From NCBI GenBank assembly GCA_030753015.1, contig JASMDC010000005.1, positions 1 through 64,000 of the forward strand: DNA of 64,000 nt, read 5' to 3'. The notes below the pieces were generated by a model. That model had not been told where the DNA came from. It was given only the letters and a program-made list of their open reading frames with translations, and ran no database searches. Position 1 is the stretch's first letter. The number at the start of each line of letters is the position of its first letter. This DNA comes from Candidatus Undinarchaeales archaeon (GTDB taxonomy: Archaea > SpSt-1190 > JASMDC01). The translations under genes and the position numbers were made by a program. This document shows positions 26,798-35,599 of this stretch, piece by piece.

Positions 26798-28237
26798 TTA
26801 TCCCGAGGTAGCCTGAGCCCGGTTCAGCTCCTCGGCAGAGATCATATCCCTGTTCTCAAAGAGCGTTACCGCATCGTACTTGCCGTAGTGGAGGACAGGT
26901 GCTCGTAACACGTATCCGTCCAGTACGTACTTCCGGAAAGCAGGATCGTTACCAATACCGGAAAAATGGAGCTCGTTATCCCCGTCAGATTGGGGAGTGC
27001 GTTTAGCCACGAGCACGATGTAACGCGTACGATGAATTGAGACCGCCTCGATGAGACGCTCGGGAGCCATTACGCCACTAGTGACACGGACGTAGTTGGA
27101 ATCCAGTTCATTACCACTTATCTCGAGACCTGACAAGAACGCGAGCGTTGGAGCAGCAATAGCATGCCCGAACACACGCTCGTCGGGATTAGAATGTGTG
27201 CTGACGTACTGCGAGTACTTCAAGAGGGCAAGTCCAAAGGGATGGCCAGTGCGTGCAGCCGAATAATGGGGTGCGTTCCAGAAAAAGGCTGCTACGAGCA
27301 TGGCCACGATGAGGACTTCAGCACTCTTCCCCCAGGAGCTCCACCGGTCCAGTGTTCCGCCGGCGAACACGGCGAGAGGGACGAGCGGGAAGATCAAGTA
27401 CTGTAGGAATATGCGCTTCTGGATGAGGATGAGCAAGGTAACCAGAGTAAAAAATCCCAGAAAGGCCCGTGGGCGTTCCCGCCCACGCTCAATGAGGGAA
27501 GGAATTGCCGCAATGACGATTAGTGCTTCGGTAAGAAGAAAGTTCTTGAGCACGCGAGTACGGACCTCAAGAGGGAAGGGCTCCTTCTGCATGTGGAAGA
27601 GCACCATCTGCTCAACCATCTGATGAGGGCCGGCGATATATGCGAGCGCGCACCCGACAGGGACCGTCACTGCCAGGAAAGCAAGGAGGAAGGTGGTAGC
27701 AGCTCCCCTCCGCTTCCGCAGGTCGAAGAGGATGACAGGAATGGTCACCACGGTGAAGAGCTTGGTGAGCACAGCGATCCCGCAAAGGATCCCGGCCGGA
27801 AGCGGTCGTCGAGCATTATGCCGTTCTATGGCAGCTATCGCGAACAACAGAGCAAGGACGTTCCCATCGGTCTGCCCAGACATCAGGAAGCCTTGTGAAC
27901 TGAGGAGCAGTGCGCAGGACATCAGCGCAGCACGGTCGTTATAGTATCGGCGAGCGAGGCGAAAGCAGACAGCCAGGAGCGACACGTTCACCACCATGGC
28001 CACTGCGGTCCCAGTCATCCACGTCGTCCCCAGGAGCATGAAGAAGGTCGTGAGGATAATGAGCATGACAGGTGGATGGGCGAAGAAGAAATCCTGGTAG
28101 GGCACTCTCCCCCGAAGCGTGTCCCGGGCCATGAGGAAGTAGATGTTCTCATCACTCGGTCGGGGGATTGTAGTAGGAGCATTGATCCAAGCACAGATAA
28201 CGAGGAGGACGATAAAGAGCTTGGTGTATGTGTTCAT
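26798..28237 (-). CDS. GT-C fold membrane glycosyltransferase (ArnT/PMT-like), paralog A1
   Basis: DENIYFLMAR...PYQDFFFAHPP, QTDGN, TKLF, multi-TM. Confidence 0.85.
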   Translation of the reverse strand: MNTYTKLFIVLLVICAWINAPTTIPRPSDENIYFLMARDTLRGRVPYQDFFFAHPPVMLIILTTFFMLLGTTWMTGTAVAMVVNVSLLAVCFRLARRYYNDRAALMSCALLLSSQGFLMSGQTDGNVLALLFAIAAIERHNARRPLPAGILCGIAVLTKLFTVVTIPVILFDLRKRRGAATTFLLAFLAVTVPVGCALAYIAGPHQMVEQMVLFHMQKEPFPLEVRTRVLKNFLLTEALIVIAAIPSLIERGRERPRAFLGFFTLVTLLILIQKRIFLQYLIFPLVPLAVFAGGTLDRWSSWGKSAEVLIVAMLVAAFFWNAPHYSAARTGHPFGLALLKYSQYVSTHSNPDERVFGHAIAAPTLAFLSGLEISGNELDSNYVRVTSGVMAPERLIEAVSIHRTRYIVLVAKRTPQSDGDNELHFSGIGNDPAFRKYVLDGYVLRAPVLHYGKYDAVTLFENRDMISAEELNRAQATSG

Positions 28238-28294
28238 CTCCGAACCAAGGGATGCGGGGGGAGTTAAATCCTTTTGGGCCCGAGCAGGCCTGAT

Positions 28295-29722
28295 CTATCC
28301 GGCACCCACATTCTCAAAGAGCACAAGGGACTGCCCTTCCGTCCACCGGAGAACTCGTCCTCGTAGTGTCCATTCGTCGATCATGTACCGAGTGAACACC
28401 CGATCGTCCCCCAGACCCGAGAACGTGTAGTCAGTCCCTTCCGAATTGTTCTGACGATTCCCCACGAGTACGATGAATCGGGGTCGGTCGGTCTTTATCC
28501 GTTCAACGAGCTCCGCTACGTCCATCTGCCCACTCGTTACACGAGCGTAGTTCAGGTCGAGCACATCAGCGCTCATACGTCGATTAGCGAGGAACGCCAA
28601 GGTGGGCGCCGCCACTGCATGACCGAGCACCGTGTCTTCGGGTGACGAGGTCGAGGCGACCGTCTGTGCCATGTGGAGGAGGGCCCGACCGAAGGGGGCG
28701 TCCGTCTTCGAAGAGAGATTGCCGGCGGCCGACCAGATCAGGTTGACGGTCAGGACTAGAATGGTCAGGGCAGCGAGCCCCCGGCTACGCGAGAAGGCCC
28801 CATCGAGCGTTGCTCCCGCGAACACGATCAAGGGCAGCAGGGGATAGATCAGGTATTGGATGTAGATTCGTCGCTGTACAAGGATCAGAAGGGTGGCGAG
28901 GACGAGCAGACCGAAGAGCGTACGGTTGCGCAATCTGAATCCTGTGCGAAGCGCTGGGAGGGCCGCAACTACAGCAAGTGCATTCAGGGACAGGAACCGT
29001 ACGATCACCGACATCCTCGCCTGTATCGAGAGTGGGTCCTTGGTGAGATGGTAGAGCACAACGGGATTGGCCACCCGTTCAACTCCTGAGACCGCGAGGA
29101 ACGCACCCATGACGCCTATCAGAACTGCCACTAGTGTGATAAGGAAGCGTCGTGCATCGCTCCGGTCCCCGGACCTTGTCAACAGGTCGAGCAAGATCGG
29201 TGGGATGGCCACGAGGGCGAAAAGCTTCGTGAGTGCAGCGAATCCGCAAAGGAGGCCTGCCAGACCAGGCCGCTCGCCCTGGTAGGCGACAAGTGCCGTC
29301 ATGACGAACATGAGCGAGAGGGCGTTCCCGTCCGTCTGTGCGGACATCAGGAAACCCTGTGAGCCAAGGAGGAGTGCACAGGACAGCAGTGCTGGACGTT
29401 CACCGATTAGACGGCGCGTGAGGGCGAAACAGCCGATCAGGAGCCCTAGTGAGACCGCTGTGGCCACAAGTGTCCCCACCTGCCACGTCGTACCTGCGGC
29501 GGCGAACGTCGCCGTGAGAAGGACGAGCATCACGGGGGGATGGGCGAAGAAGAAATCGCGATAGGGCACGAGCCCGCGCCCCACCTCCCGGGCCATGAGG
29601 AAATAGATGTTCTCGTCATGGGGCCGGGGGACGGAGGTTGGCGCGTTCAGCACAGCGCAGACGATGAGAAGGGCGAGCAGGAGCCTCGTTGGAGTTCCCA
29701 TTTCCGTTAGGCTGGATGGCAC
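28295..29722 (-). CDS. GT-C membrane glycosyltransferase, paralog A2
   Basis: Same motifs as A1. Start may be 29701. Confidence 0.85.
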   Translation of the reverse strand: MPSSLTEMGTPTRLLLALLIVCAVLNAPTSVPRPHDENIYFLMAREVGRGLVPYRDFFFAHPPVMLVLLTATFAAAGTTWQVGTLVATAVSLGLLIGCFALTRRLIGERPALLSCALLLGSQGFLMSAQTDGNALSLMFVMTALVAYQGERPGLAGLLCGFAALTKLFALVAIPPILLDLLTRSGDRSDARRFLITLVAVLIGVMGAFLAVSGVERVANPVVLYHLTKDPLSIQARMSVIVRFLSLNALAVVAALPALRTGFRLRNRTLFGLLVLATLLILVQRRIYIQYLIYPLLPLIVFAGATLDGAFSRSRGLAALTILVLTVNLIWSAAGNLSSKTDAPFGRALLHMAQTVASTSSPEDTVLGHAVAAPTLAFLANRRMSADVLDLNYARVTSGQMDVAELVERIKTDRPRFIVLVGNRQNNSEGTDYTFSGLGDDRVFTRYMIDEWTLRGRVLRWTEGQSLVLFENVGAG

Positions 29723-29746
29723 TGGTGAGTTATATCTTTATTGCGC

Positions 29747-31162
29747 TCAGGTCGGACCCGAACCAGCCCTCCGCTCAAGGAGCAGAAGGACGTCGTATTG
29801 ACCAAGAGGGCGTTCGAGCACTCCCACGTACTGCTCGAGAGCGAACTGTCGGAAGTCCTCGTCCAGTGCGATCCCAGCGAATGAGTAGCGGGGACGACCG
29901 TCAATTGGTATCCGACTTGCCTTGAGCACGAGGTAGCGCGCCCGGTCGGCCTCGACGGCTCGAACTAGGTCATTACCACTGAGGACACCGCTCGCGATCC
30001 GCTCATAGTTCGTGTCCATCACATTACCGCTCATCCGACGGTCGGCGATGAAGGCAACAGCAGTGGTCGCAGTACTGTGCCCCGATATACGTTCGTCCGG
30101 GACCGTGGACTCGCGTACCTCCCGGGCGATATCGAGTATGGCGCGTGAATACACCGGCTGGCCCTGTCTGGCCAGATTGTAAGCGACCGACGACCACGCA
30201 ATGCTTGCGATAAGGGCCACGATGACGATCGTTCGGAGCGCTCCGCCCCGTTCCACGACCATTTCCAGAAGCCCGCCCCCCAGTGCGGCGCAAGCGAGGA
30301 GCGGGTAGATCAGATAGGGGTATACAAGACGGCGCTGGCCGAGCACGAGCACGGTGGCCAGGATGAGAAAGGCGACCAGAGTTCGCGGCCGGTCAGGAAG
30401 TCTCCATAGGGCGATAGCTCCAGCTACCACGACAAGGGTGTTCGTACCAAGGAACGTCGCCAGGACCGCAGCACGGGCCTCGAACGTGAAGGGCTCTTTT
30501 TGGAGGTGATAGAACACAACGGAATCGAGCACAGGGCCGTAACCGGCAATGGTGGCGAACGTCAGGGACACGGGAAGCACCACTGCAGCGATACCAAGGA
30601 CGAACCTCTGAGCATCACGCCGCCTTTCAGGTGAGAGATACAGATCGATAAGTATCGCCGGTACGGCGACTACGGCGAAGAGCTTGGTCAGCACGGCAGT
30701 ACCACAGAGAGCACCGGCCGTGAACGGTCGTTTCGCCATGTGCCGCTCCAGGGCGAGCACACAGAACAGCAGCGAGAGGGCGTTCCCATCGGTCTGTCCC
30801 ACCTCCAGAAGAACCCTGGAGCCAAGGAGAAGGGCCGTCGCCAGAAGCCCACCTCGGACCCCGTAGCATCTGCGGGCAATACTGAAGCAACCAAGGAGAA
30901 GGCCGACGTTCACCACTGTCGCGACAAGGGTCCCGACCCACCACGTTGTGCCCAGGACCATGAAGGCGCCAGCGAGCACGTAGAGCATGACGGGTGGATG
31001 GGCAAAGAAGAAGTCGCGATAGGGTACGGAACCACGGAGCACCTCCCGCCCCATGAGGAAGTAGATGTTCTCGTCACGGGGAAGGGGGACCGATGACGGT
31101 GCGGCTGCCACCGCGCACAGGGCGAGCATCGTGAGGAGGATGAGCTTGGAGGTAGTATCCAT
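29747..31162 (-). CDS. GT-C membrane glycosyltransferase, paralog A3
   Basis: Same motifs as A1. Confidence 0.85.
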   Translation of the reverse strand: MDTTSKLILLTMLALCAVAAAPSSVPLPRDENIYFLMGREVLRGSVPYRDFFFAHPPVMLYVLAGAFMVLGTTWWVGTLVATVVNVGLLLGCFSIARRCYGVRGGLLATALLLGSRVLLEVGQTDGNALSLLFCVLALERHMAKRPFTAGALCGTAVLTKLFAVVAVPAILIDLYLSPERRRDAQRFVLGIAAVVLPVSLTFATIAGYGPVLDSVVFYHLQKEPFTFEARAAVLATFLGTNTLVVVAGAIALWRLPDRPRTLVAFLILATVLVLGQRRLVYPYLIYPLLACAALGGGLLEMVVERGGALRTIVIVALIASIAWSSVAYNLARQGQPVYSRAILDIAREVRESTVPDERISGHSTATTAVAFIADRRMSGNVMDTNYERIASGVLSGNDLVRAVEADRARYLVLKASRIPIDGRPRYSFAGIALDEDFRQFALEQYVGVLERPLGQYDVLLLLERRAGSGPT

Positions 31163-31224
31163 GTCCGCAGGTAGTGTTGTTGGGCTGATTCAATAAATGT
31201 TTGCCGGAGGGGCCCCAATGCCCT

Positions 31225-32646
31225 CTACGAAGCGGTTAGCGGTGGAACACTACCACTGTCACGAGGCTCGAGGAGGACTAGAATGCCGTCCGCGTCCATA
31301 GGACGGACATCGATCGTACGCCAGCGCTCCTGTACGGATGCAGCGAACTCGGGATCACCACCTATACCGGGGATGAAGAAATCTTCGCCCTGAGCGGAAC
31401 GCCGCCCCTTGAGCACAAGGTAACGCGTCCGGCCTCCTTCGATCGTACCAATCAGGTCCGAACTGTCCATCATCCCGCTAGTGATACGGGCGTAGAAGAC
31501 GTCCATGACGTTCGAGCTCATGCTCCGATCTGCGAGGAAGGCGACTGTCGCTGCCGCCACGCTATGTCCGAACACGGTCTCCTCGGGCGTCGTCGTCGCC
31601 CGGACACGGTCCGCAAAGACGGTAACCGCATCACCGAACTGGCTGGACGCGAACCGGGCCCATTGCCACTGGACCGTCCAGACGAGATTGAGGCAGAGGA
31701 CGAGCACTAACACGACCGCAGCAAGGTCCCCACGTTCTGTCACCTCATCGAGGGCGCGGCCTGCAAGCACGGTAAGGAGGGCGAGGGGGTACACAAGGTA
31801 CTGGATGAGGATGTTCTTCTGGACGAGGATGAAGAGGGACAGGAGAAGGAAAAGGAGCATGACCGGTCCTGGCCGGGTGCGACCGTGAAGACGGATGGCC
31901 GCCAATCCCGCCACGAGTGCTAGCGGGTGGGACGAAAGGAAACCGACGATCACACCGAGACGCTCGTTCAGCGGGATCGGCTCCTTTTGTAGATGGTAGA
32001 TGACCACGGGCCCGGTCACAGCGTCCATTCCTGCGAGGTGGACGAAGAGCACCGTCACAGGCAGGGTCAAGGCCACGAACGCAGCGATGAAGCGGGAGAC
32101 TGAGCGTCTGCTGCGGCCGGTCGCGAGCATGTCGAAGAGGATGACCGGGACGACCATGACGGCGAAGAGCTTGGTAAGCACCGCCACTCCGCAGAGCAGC
32201 CCTGCAGAGAGGTCTTTTCGGGCCAAGTGGCGTTCCAGGGCGAGGACCACGAACAGTAGGGAGAGGGCGTTCCCATCGGTCTGGGCGGCGAACATGAAGC
32301 TCCGTGAGCCGAGCAGGAGCGCGCTCGCGAGCACCGCTGCACGCGGTCCATGGAGCCGGGCGCACAACCTGTAGCAGCCTACAAGGAGCCCGAGGTTCAC
32401 CAGTGCGGCCACAAGCGTTCCCGCTCGCCACGTCGTGCCAAGGAGCATGAAGGAGCTGGCGAGCACATAGAGCATGGCCGGTGGATGGGCGAAGAAGAAG
32501 TCTCTGTAGGGCACCGAGCCACGGAGCACCTCCCGCCCCATGAGGAAGTACACGTTCTCGTCCCCGGCGAGCCGGACGTCCATGGGAGGGTTCACTACCA
32601 TGTATATGACGAGGAGGATTATGAGGAGGGTTTGGGCCCGGTCCAT
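31225..32646 (-). CDS. GT-C membrane glycosyltransferase, paralog A4
   Basis: Same motifs as A1. Start trimmed to MDRAQTLL by alignment with the paralogs, with GGAG SD. Confidence 0.85.
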   Translation of the reverse strand: MDRAQTLLIILLVIYMVVNPPMDVRLAGDENVYFLMGREVLRGSVPYRDFFFAHPPAMLYVLASSFMLLGTTWRAGTLVAALVNLGLLVGCYRLCARLHGPRAAVLASALLLGSRSFMFAAQTDGNALSLLFVVLALERHLARKDLSAGLLCGVAVLTKLFAVMVVPVILFDMLATGRSRRSVSRFIAAFVALTLPVTVLFVHLAGMDAVTGPVVIYHLQKEPIPLNERLGVIVGFLSSHPLALVAGLAAIRLHGRTRPGPVMLLFLLLSLFILVQKNILIQYLVYPLALLTVLAGRALDEVTERGDLAAVVLVLVLCLNLVWTVQWQWARFASSQFGDAVTVFADRVRATTTPEETVFGHSVAAATVAFLADRSMSSNVMDVFYARITSGMMDSSDLIGTIEGGRTRYLVLKGRRSAQGEDFFIPGIGGDPEFAASVQERWRTIDVRPMDADGILVLLEPRDSGSVPPLTAS

Positions 32647-32706
32647 GTCCGCTCCTTCCCTCCACGGACCAGAGTAATAAATAATTACCCGCACTGGCCC
32701 TCCTCG

Positions 32707-34107
32707 ATGACGGATGTGGACGAACGTACTCTCGTTGTTGGTCTCGTCCTCGCACTCGGCCTTCTGACGACCGGCTTCCTCTTCACCAATGAGGCGCCGC
32801 GGTTCAGCCTTGCTCTCGCTCTCGGGATGCGTGGCGAGGTCACGATCGACCGTTTCCTCCCCCAGGCCATCCACCCCACCTACAAGCCCATCGATTTCGC
32901 TGTCAAGGACGGACGATACGTCAGCGATAAGGGTCCGCTCCAGTCCATGCTCGCGGTCCCCTTGGTATGGCTGCTCCTGAAAGTGAATGCCCCTATGATC
33001 ATGGGCGTATATCTCACGACGTTCCTCCTCGCTGCGCTCCCCACCGCACTCACGGCCCTTCTCATCTTCAGGTTCGGTCAACGCGTCCACCGCACCGGGA
33101 CGGTCTCTCCCGCGCTCCCGGCGCTCGTGTACGCCCTCGCGACCCATGCGTTCTTCTACGGCACCTTGTTCTTTGCGTACGCCCTGACGACCTTCCTCGC
33201 GTTCGCGAGCTTCTACCTGTTGTTCACCGCTGACCGTGAACAGGACCGAGCGTGGGCAATCGCTGCAGGCGTGCTTGTAGGACTCGCCGGCACCAACGAC
33301 TACCCCGCAATACTGCTCACCCCCTGCCTCCTACTCTACTGTCGTATGAAGGCCCCTCGCCTCGTGCCCGGATTCCTCGTCGGATCGCTGGCGGCCCTGT
33401 CCCTTCTTCCTATCTACCATTACGCGCTGTTCGGTGAGCCTTTTTCACCCCCTCACAGATACCATAACATGAGCGGTACCCACCAACAGGGAGTGTACAT
33501 GGGCGTGGGCAAGTTCACTCCCGAGGCCTTCTTCGGGGTCACCGTGGGCCCCTCACGGGGTCTTTTCGTCATTTCCCCCGTGCTCATCATCGCCATTGTG
33601 CTCCTCGGACGGCTCCACAGGCGCCATCCTGCTGAGACCATGCTCATCGTCGCGGTCTCTATTGCCCTCTTCCTGTTCCAGACCTCTTTCATCGACTGGA
33701 GGGGTGGTAACTCGTTCGGGCCCCGCTATCTCGTACCCACACTTCCCTTCCTCGTCCTCCCACTCCTCACTCTTCGCCGTCACGGGCCCATCTGGCCGGT
33801 CTTCCTCGCTCTCCTGGCCGTCTCGTTCCTGGTCAACCTCGTGTGCGCGGCATCCCACCTACCGAAGACCAAGGACAGGTATCCTGCAGAGGGCGCGTTC
33901 CTCCGCTGGGCTACAGGAACACAGCTCTTCAGGTTGATCCCTGAGACCGGCGAACCCTACGAGGACGTCACCCTTCGGCCGAAGGTCCACCCGCTCATCT
34001 ACTGGGCGGATCTCGACGACAACGAGCAGCTCGTCCGGGTACCCACACTGTTGTCAGGCCTCATCGGTGCTCTGCTGCTCCGCCGGGCCCTGGACGGCGG
34101 CGGATAG
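32707..34107 (+). CDS. GT-C-like membrane glycosyltransferase, paralog B1
   Basis: DERTLVVG, NEAPRF, SDKGP, RGLF..SP, FGPRYL, multi-TM. Start trimmed by alignment with the paralogs. Confidence 0.8.
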   Translation: MTDVDERTLVVGLVLALGLLTTGFLFTNEAPRFSLALALGMRGEVTIDRFLPQAIHPTYKPIDFAVKDGRYVSDKGPLQSMLAVPLVWLLLKVNAPMIMGVYLTTFLLAALPTALTALLIFRFGQRVHRTGTVSPALPALVYALATHAFFYGTLFFAYALTTFLAFASFYLLFTADREQDRAWAIAAGVLVGLAGTNDYPAILLTPCLLLYCRMKAPRLVPGFLVGSLAALSLLPIYHYALFGEPFSPPHRYHNMSGTHQQGVYMGVGKFTPEAFFGVTVGPSRGLFVISPVLIIAIVLLGRLHRRHPAETMLIVAVSIALFLFQTSFIDWRGGNSFGPRYLVPTLPFLVLPLLTLRRHGPIWPVFLALLAVSFLVNLVCAASHLPKTKDRYPAEGAFLRWATGTQLFRLIPETGEPYEDVTLRPKVHPLIYWADLDDNEQLVRVPTLLSGLIGALLLRRALDGGG

Positions 34108-34152
34108 CCCCCGACCATTTTTTTAAACAATGACCGGCATTTGAGTGCCTGC

Positions 34153-34902
34153 ATGAAGGCGGTCGGCGAGAAGGTTGTGATGGTCGTCCCCGTGTACAAC
34201 GAGCGGGAGAACATCGCTCCTTTCCTCCTCGACATGGAGAAGGTCGCCTCCTCACTACCTGCAGTCTTTACCATCCTCTTCGTCGAGGGAGGCTCCTCCG
34301 ACGGTACCGGGGATGCCGTGGACGAAGCTGCCGTACGCCTCCCCAACCTGGTGAGCGTGCTCCACGAGGAGAAAAAGGAGGGTCTCGGTGCTGCCTACCT
34401 CAAGGGATTCGCCCGGGCCCTGGATGACCCTGACGCCCTCTTCATCGGCGAGATGGACGTGGACGGCTCCCATGATCCTGACGTGCTCCCAAAGCTCCTG
34501 AAGGCTGTTCAGAAGGGGTATGGGATGGCCCTGGGCTCACGGGCCGTGGAGGGCGGTGGGACACCGGACTGGCCCATCCACCGACGCATGATCAGCGGAG
34601 GCGCGAACCTCCTCGGACGGGCCGGTTCGGCGTTCTCCATCGGCGACGTCACGACAGGCTACCGGCTCTACCGCCGGGAGGTGCTGGACGATATCGACCT
34701 CGGTGCCATCGAGACCCGTGGCTATGCGTTCCAGCTCGAGATGGTGGCAGCCGTGCTCAATGCTGAATTCACCGTGGCCGAGATACCCCTGGTGTTCCAC
34801 GACCGCGAACGAGGGGCCTCCAAGCTCCGCTCCAATGACATCATCGAGTACTTCCTCCTCTCCCTCCGGCTCATAGTCCGGCGGATATTGGGCAGAAAGT
34901 GA
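34153..34902 (+). CDS. Polyprenol-phosphate mannose synthase-like GT2 (DPM1 family)
   Basis: PVYNERENI, SSDGTG, GLGAAYLKGF, EMDVDGSHDP, GYAFQLEM, DRERGASK. Confidence 0.92.
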   Translation: MKAVGEKVVMVVPVYNERENIAPFLLDMEKVASSLPAVFTILFVEGGSSDGTGDAVDEAAVRLPNLVSVLHEEKKEGLGAAYLKGFARALDDPDALFIGEMDVDGSHDPDVLPKLLKAVQKGYGMALGSRAVEGGGTPDWPIHRRMISGGANLLGRAGSAFSIGDVTTGYRLYRREVLDDIDLGAIETRGYAFQLEMVAAVLNAEFTVAEIPLVFHDRERGASKLRSNDIIEYFLLSLRLIVRRILGRK

Positions 34903-34923
34903 CGAGCACGTCGTTATCAGATT

Positions 34924-35592
34924 TCACCGCCGCCGCTGGAAGCGCGGTCGCACTTCCCGTGCTACCACCTCGACGCTCTCGTCGGGTGCCAGCTCCCGTC
35001 GAAGGAAAACACCCGTGCGGCCGATAGCATCCCGTCGAACGAGCACGGACACACGTTCCTCGACGACCGCCAGGGGGACTTCGAGGGCACGGGCCACCTG
35101 GGACGGACCGACCTCCTGTGCAGCCTCCTCCGTATGGCCCTTGGATGTGGGCGTCACCAGAACGAGCCGCTTGTCCACACCGGGCACGCGCATATCGGTG
35201 CGGAGCCCGGGGAGGTCCAGAGCGCCGCCGAACCGGTGGAACCCCTCCTCCGCAGGTGTTGGATGCCACAAGGGATGGGTAACGGTGACCTCGGGATCCA
35301 GGTGGTAGTGGGCCTTGGGAGTGAGCCAGGGTGTTGCGGCCACCACCTCGCGCCGGGTTACATCGAGCCGCGACTCCACTTCGAGCGAAGGTATGTGGCG
35401 GGGGACGATTATGTCAATGTCGCTGCCCCGATGGACGTCACCCCGGGCCACCGAACCATATACCTGCGGGGCCAGGTCCCCAAGCCGCTCCATGACGGCC
35501 AGTGCGACGCTCCGCTTCGCCGCCAAGAGCTCCCAGTGCTCGGTATCGTACACGACATCGGCGCGATGATGGTGGAGGACCTTCTCACGCAA
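34924..35592 (-). CDS. Archaeal nucleotidyltransferase-domain protein (COG2413-like)
   Basis: YGSVARGDV...SDIDI, RVPGVDKRL, GRTGVF. Confidence 0.85.
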   Translation of the reverse strand: MREKVLHHHRADVVYDTEHWELLAAKRSVALAVMERLGDLAPQVYGSVARGDVHRGSDIDIIVPRHIPSLEVESRLDVTRREVVAATPWLTPKAHYHLDPEVTVTHPLWHPTPAEEGFHRFGGALDLPGLRTDMRVPGVDKRLVLVTPTSKGHTEEAAQEVGPSQVARALEVPLAVVEERVSVLVRRDAIGRTGVFLRRELAPDESVEVVAREVRPRFQRRR

Positions 35593-35599
35593 CGGGCCC

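Noticed and set aside
32350-33147. Apparent long overlap of the 640-aa and 585-aa ORFs
   Set aside because: Paralog alignment places the true starts at 32646 (-) and 32707 (+), so the genes are simply divergent.
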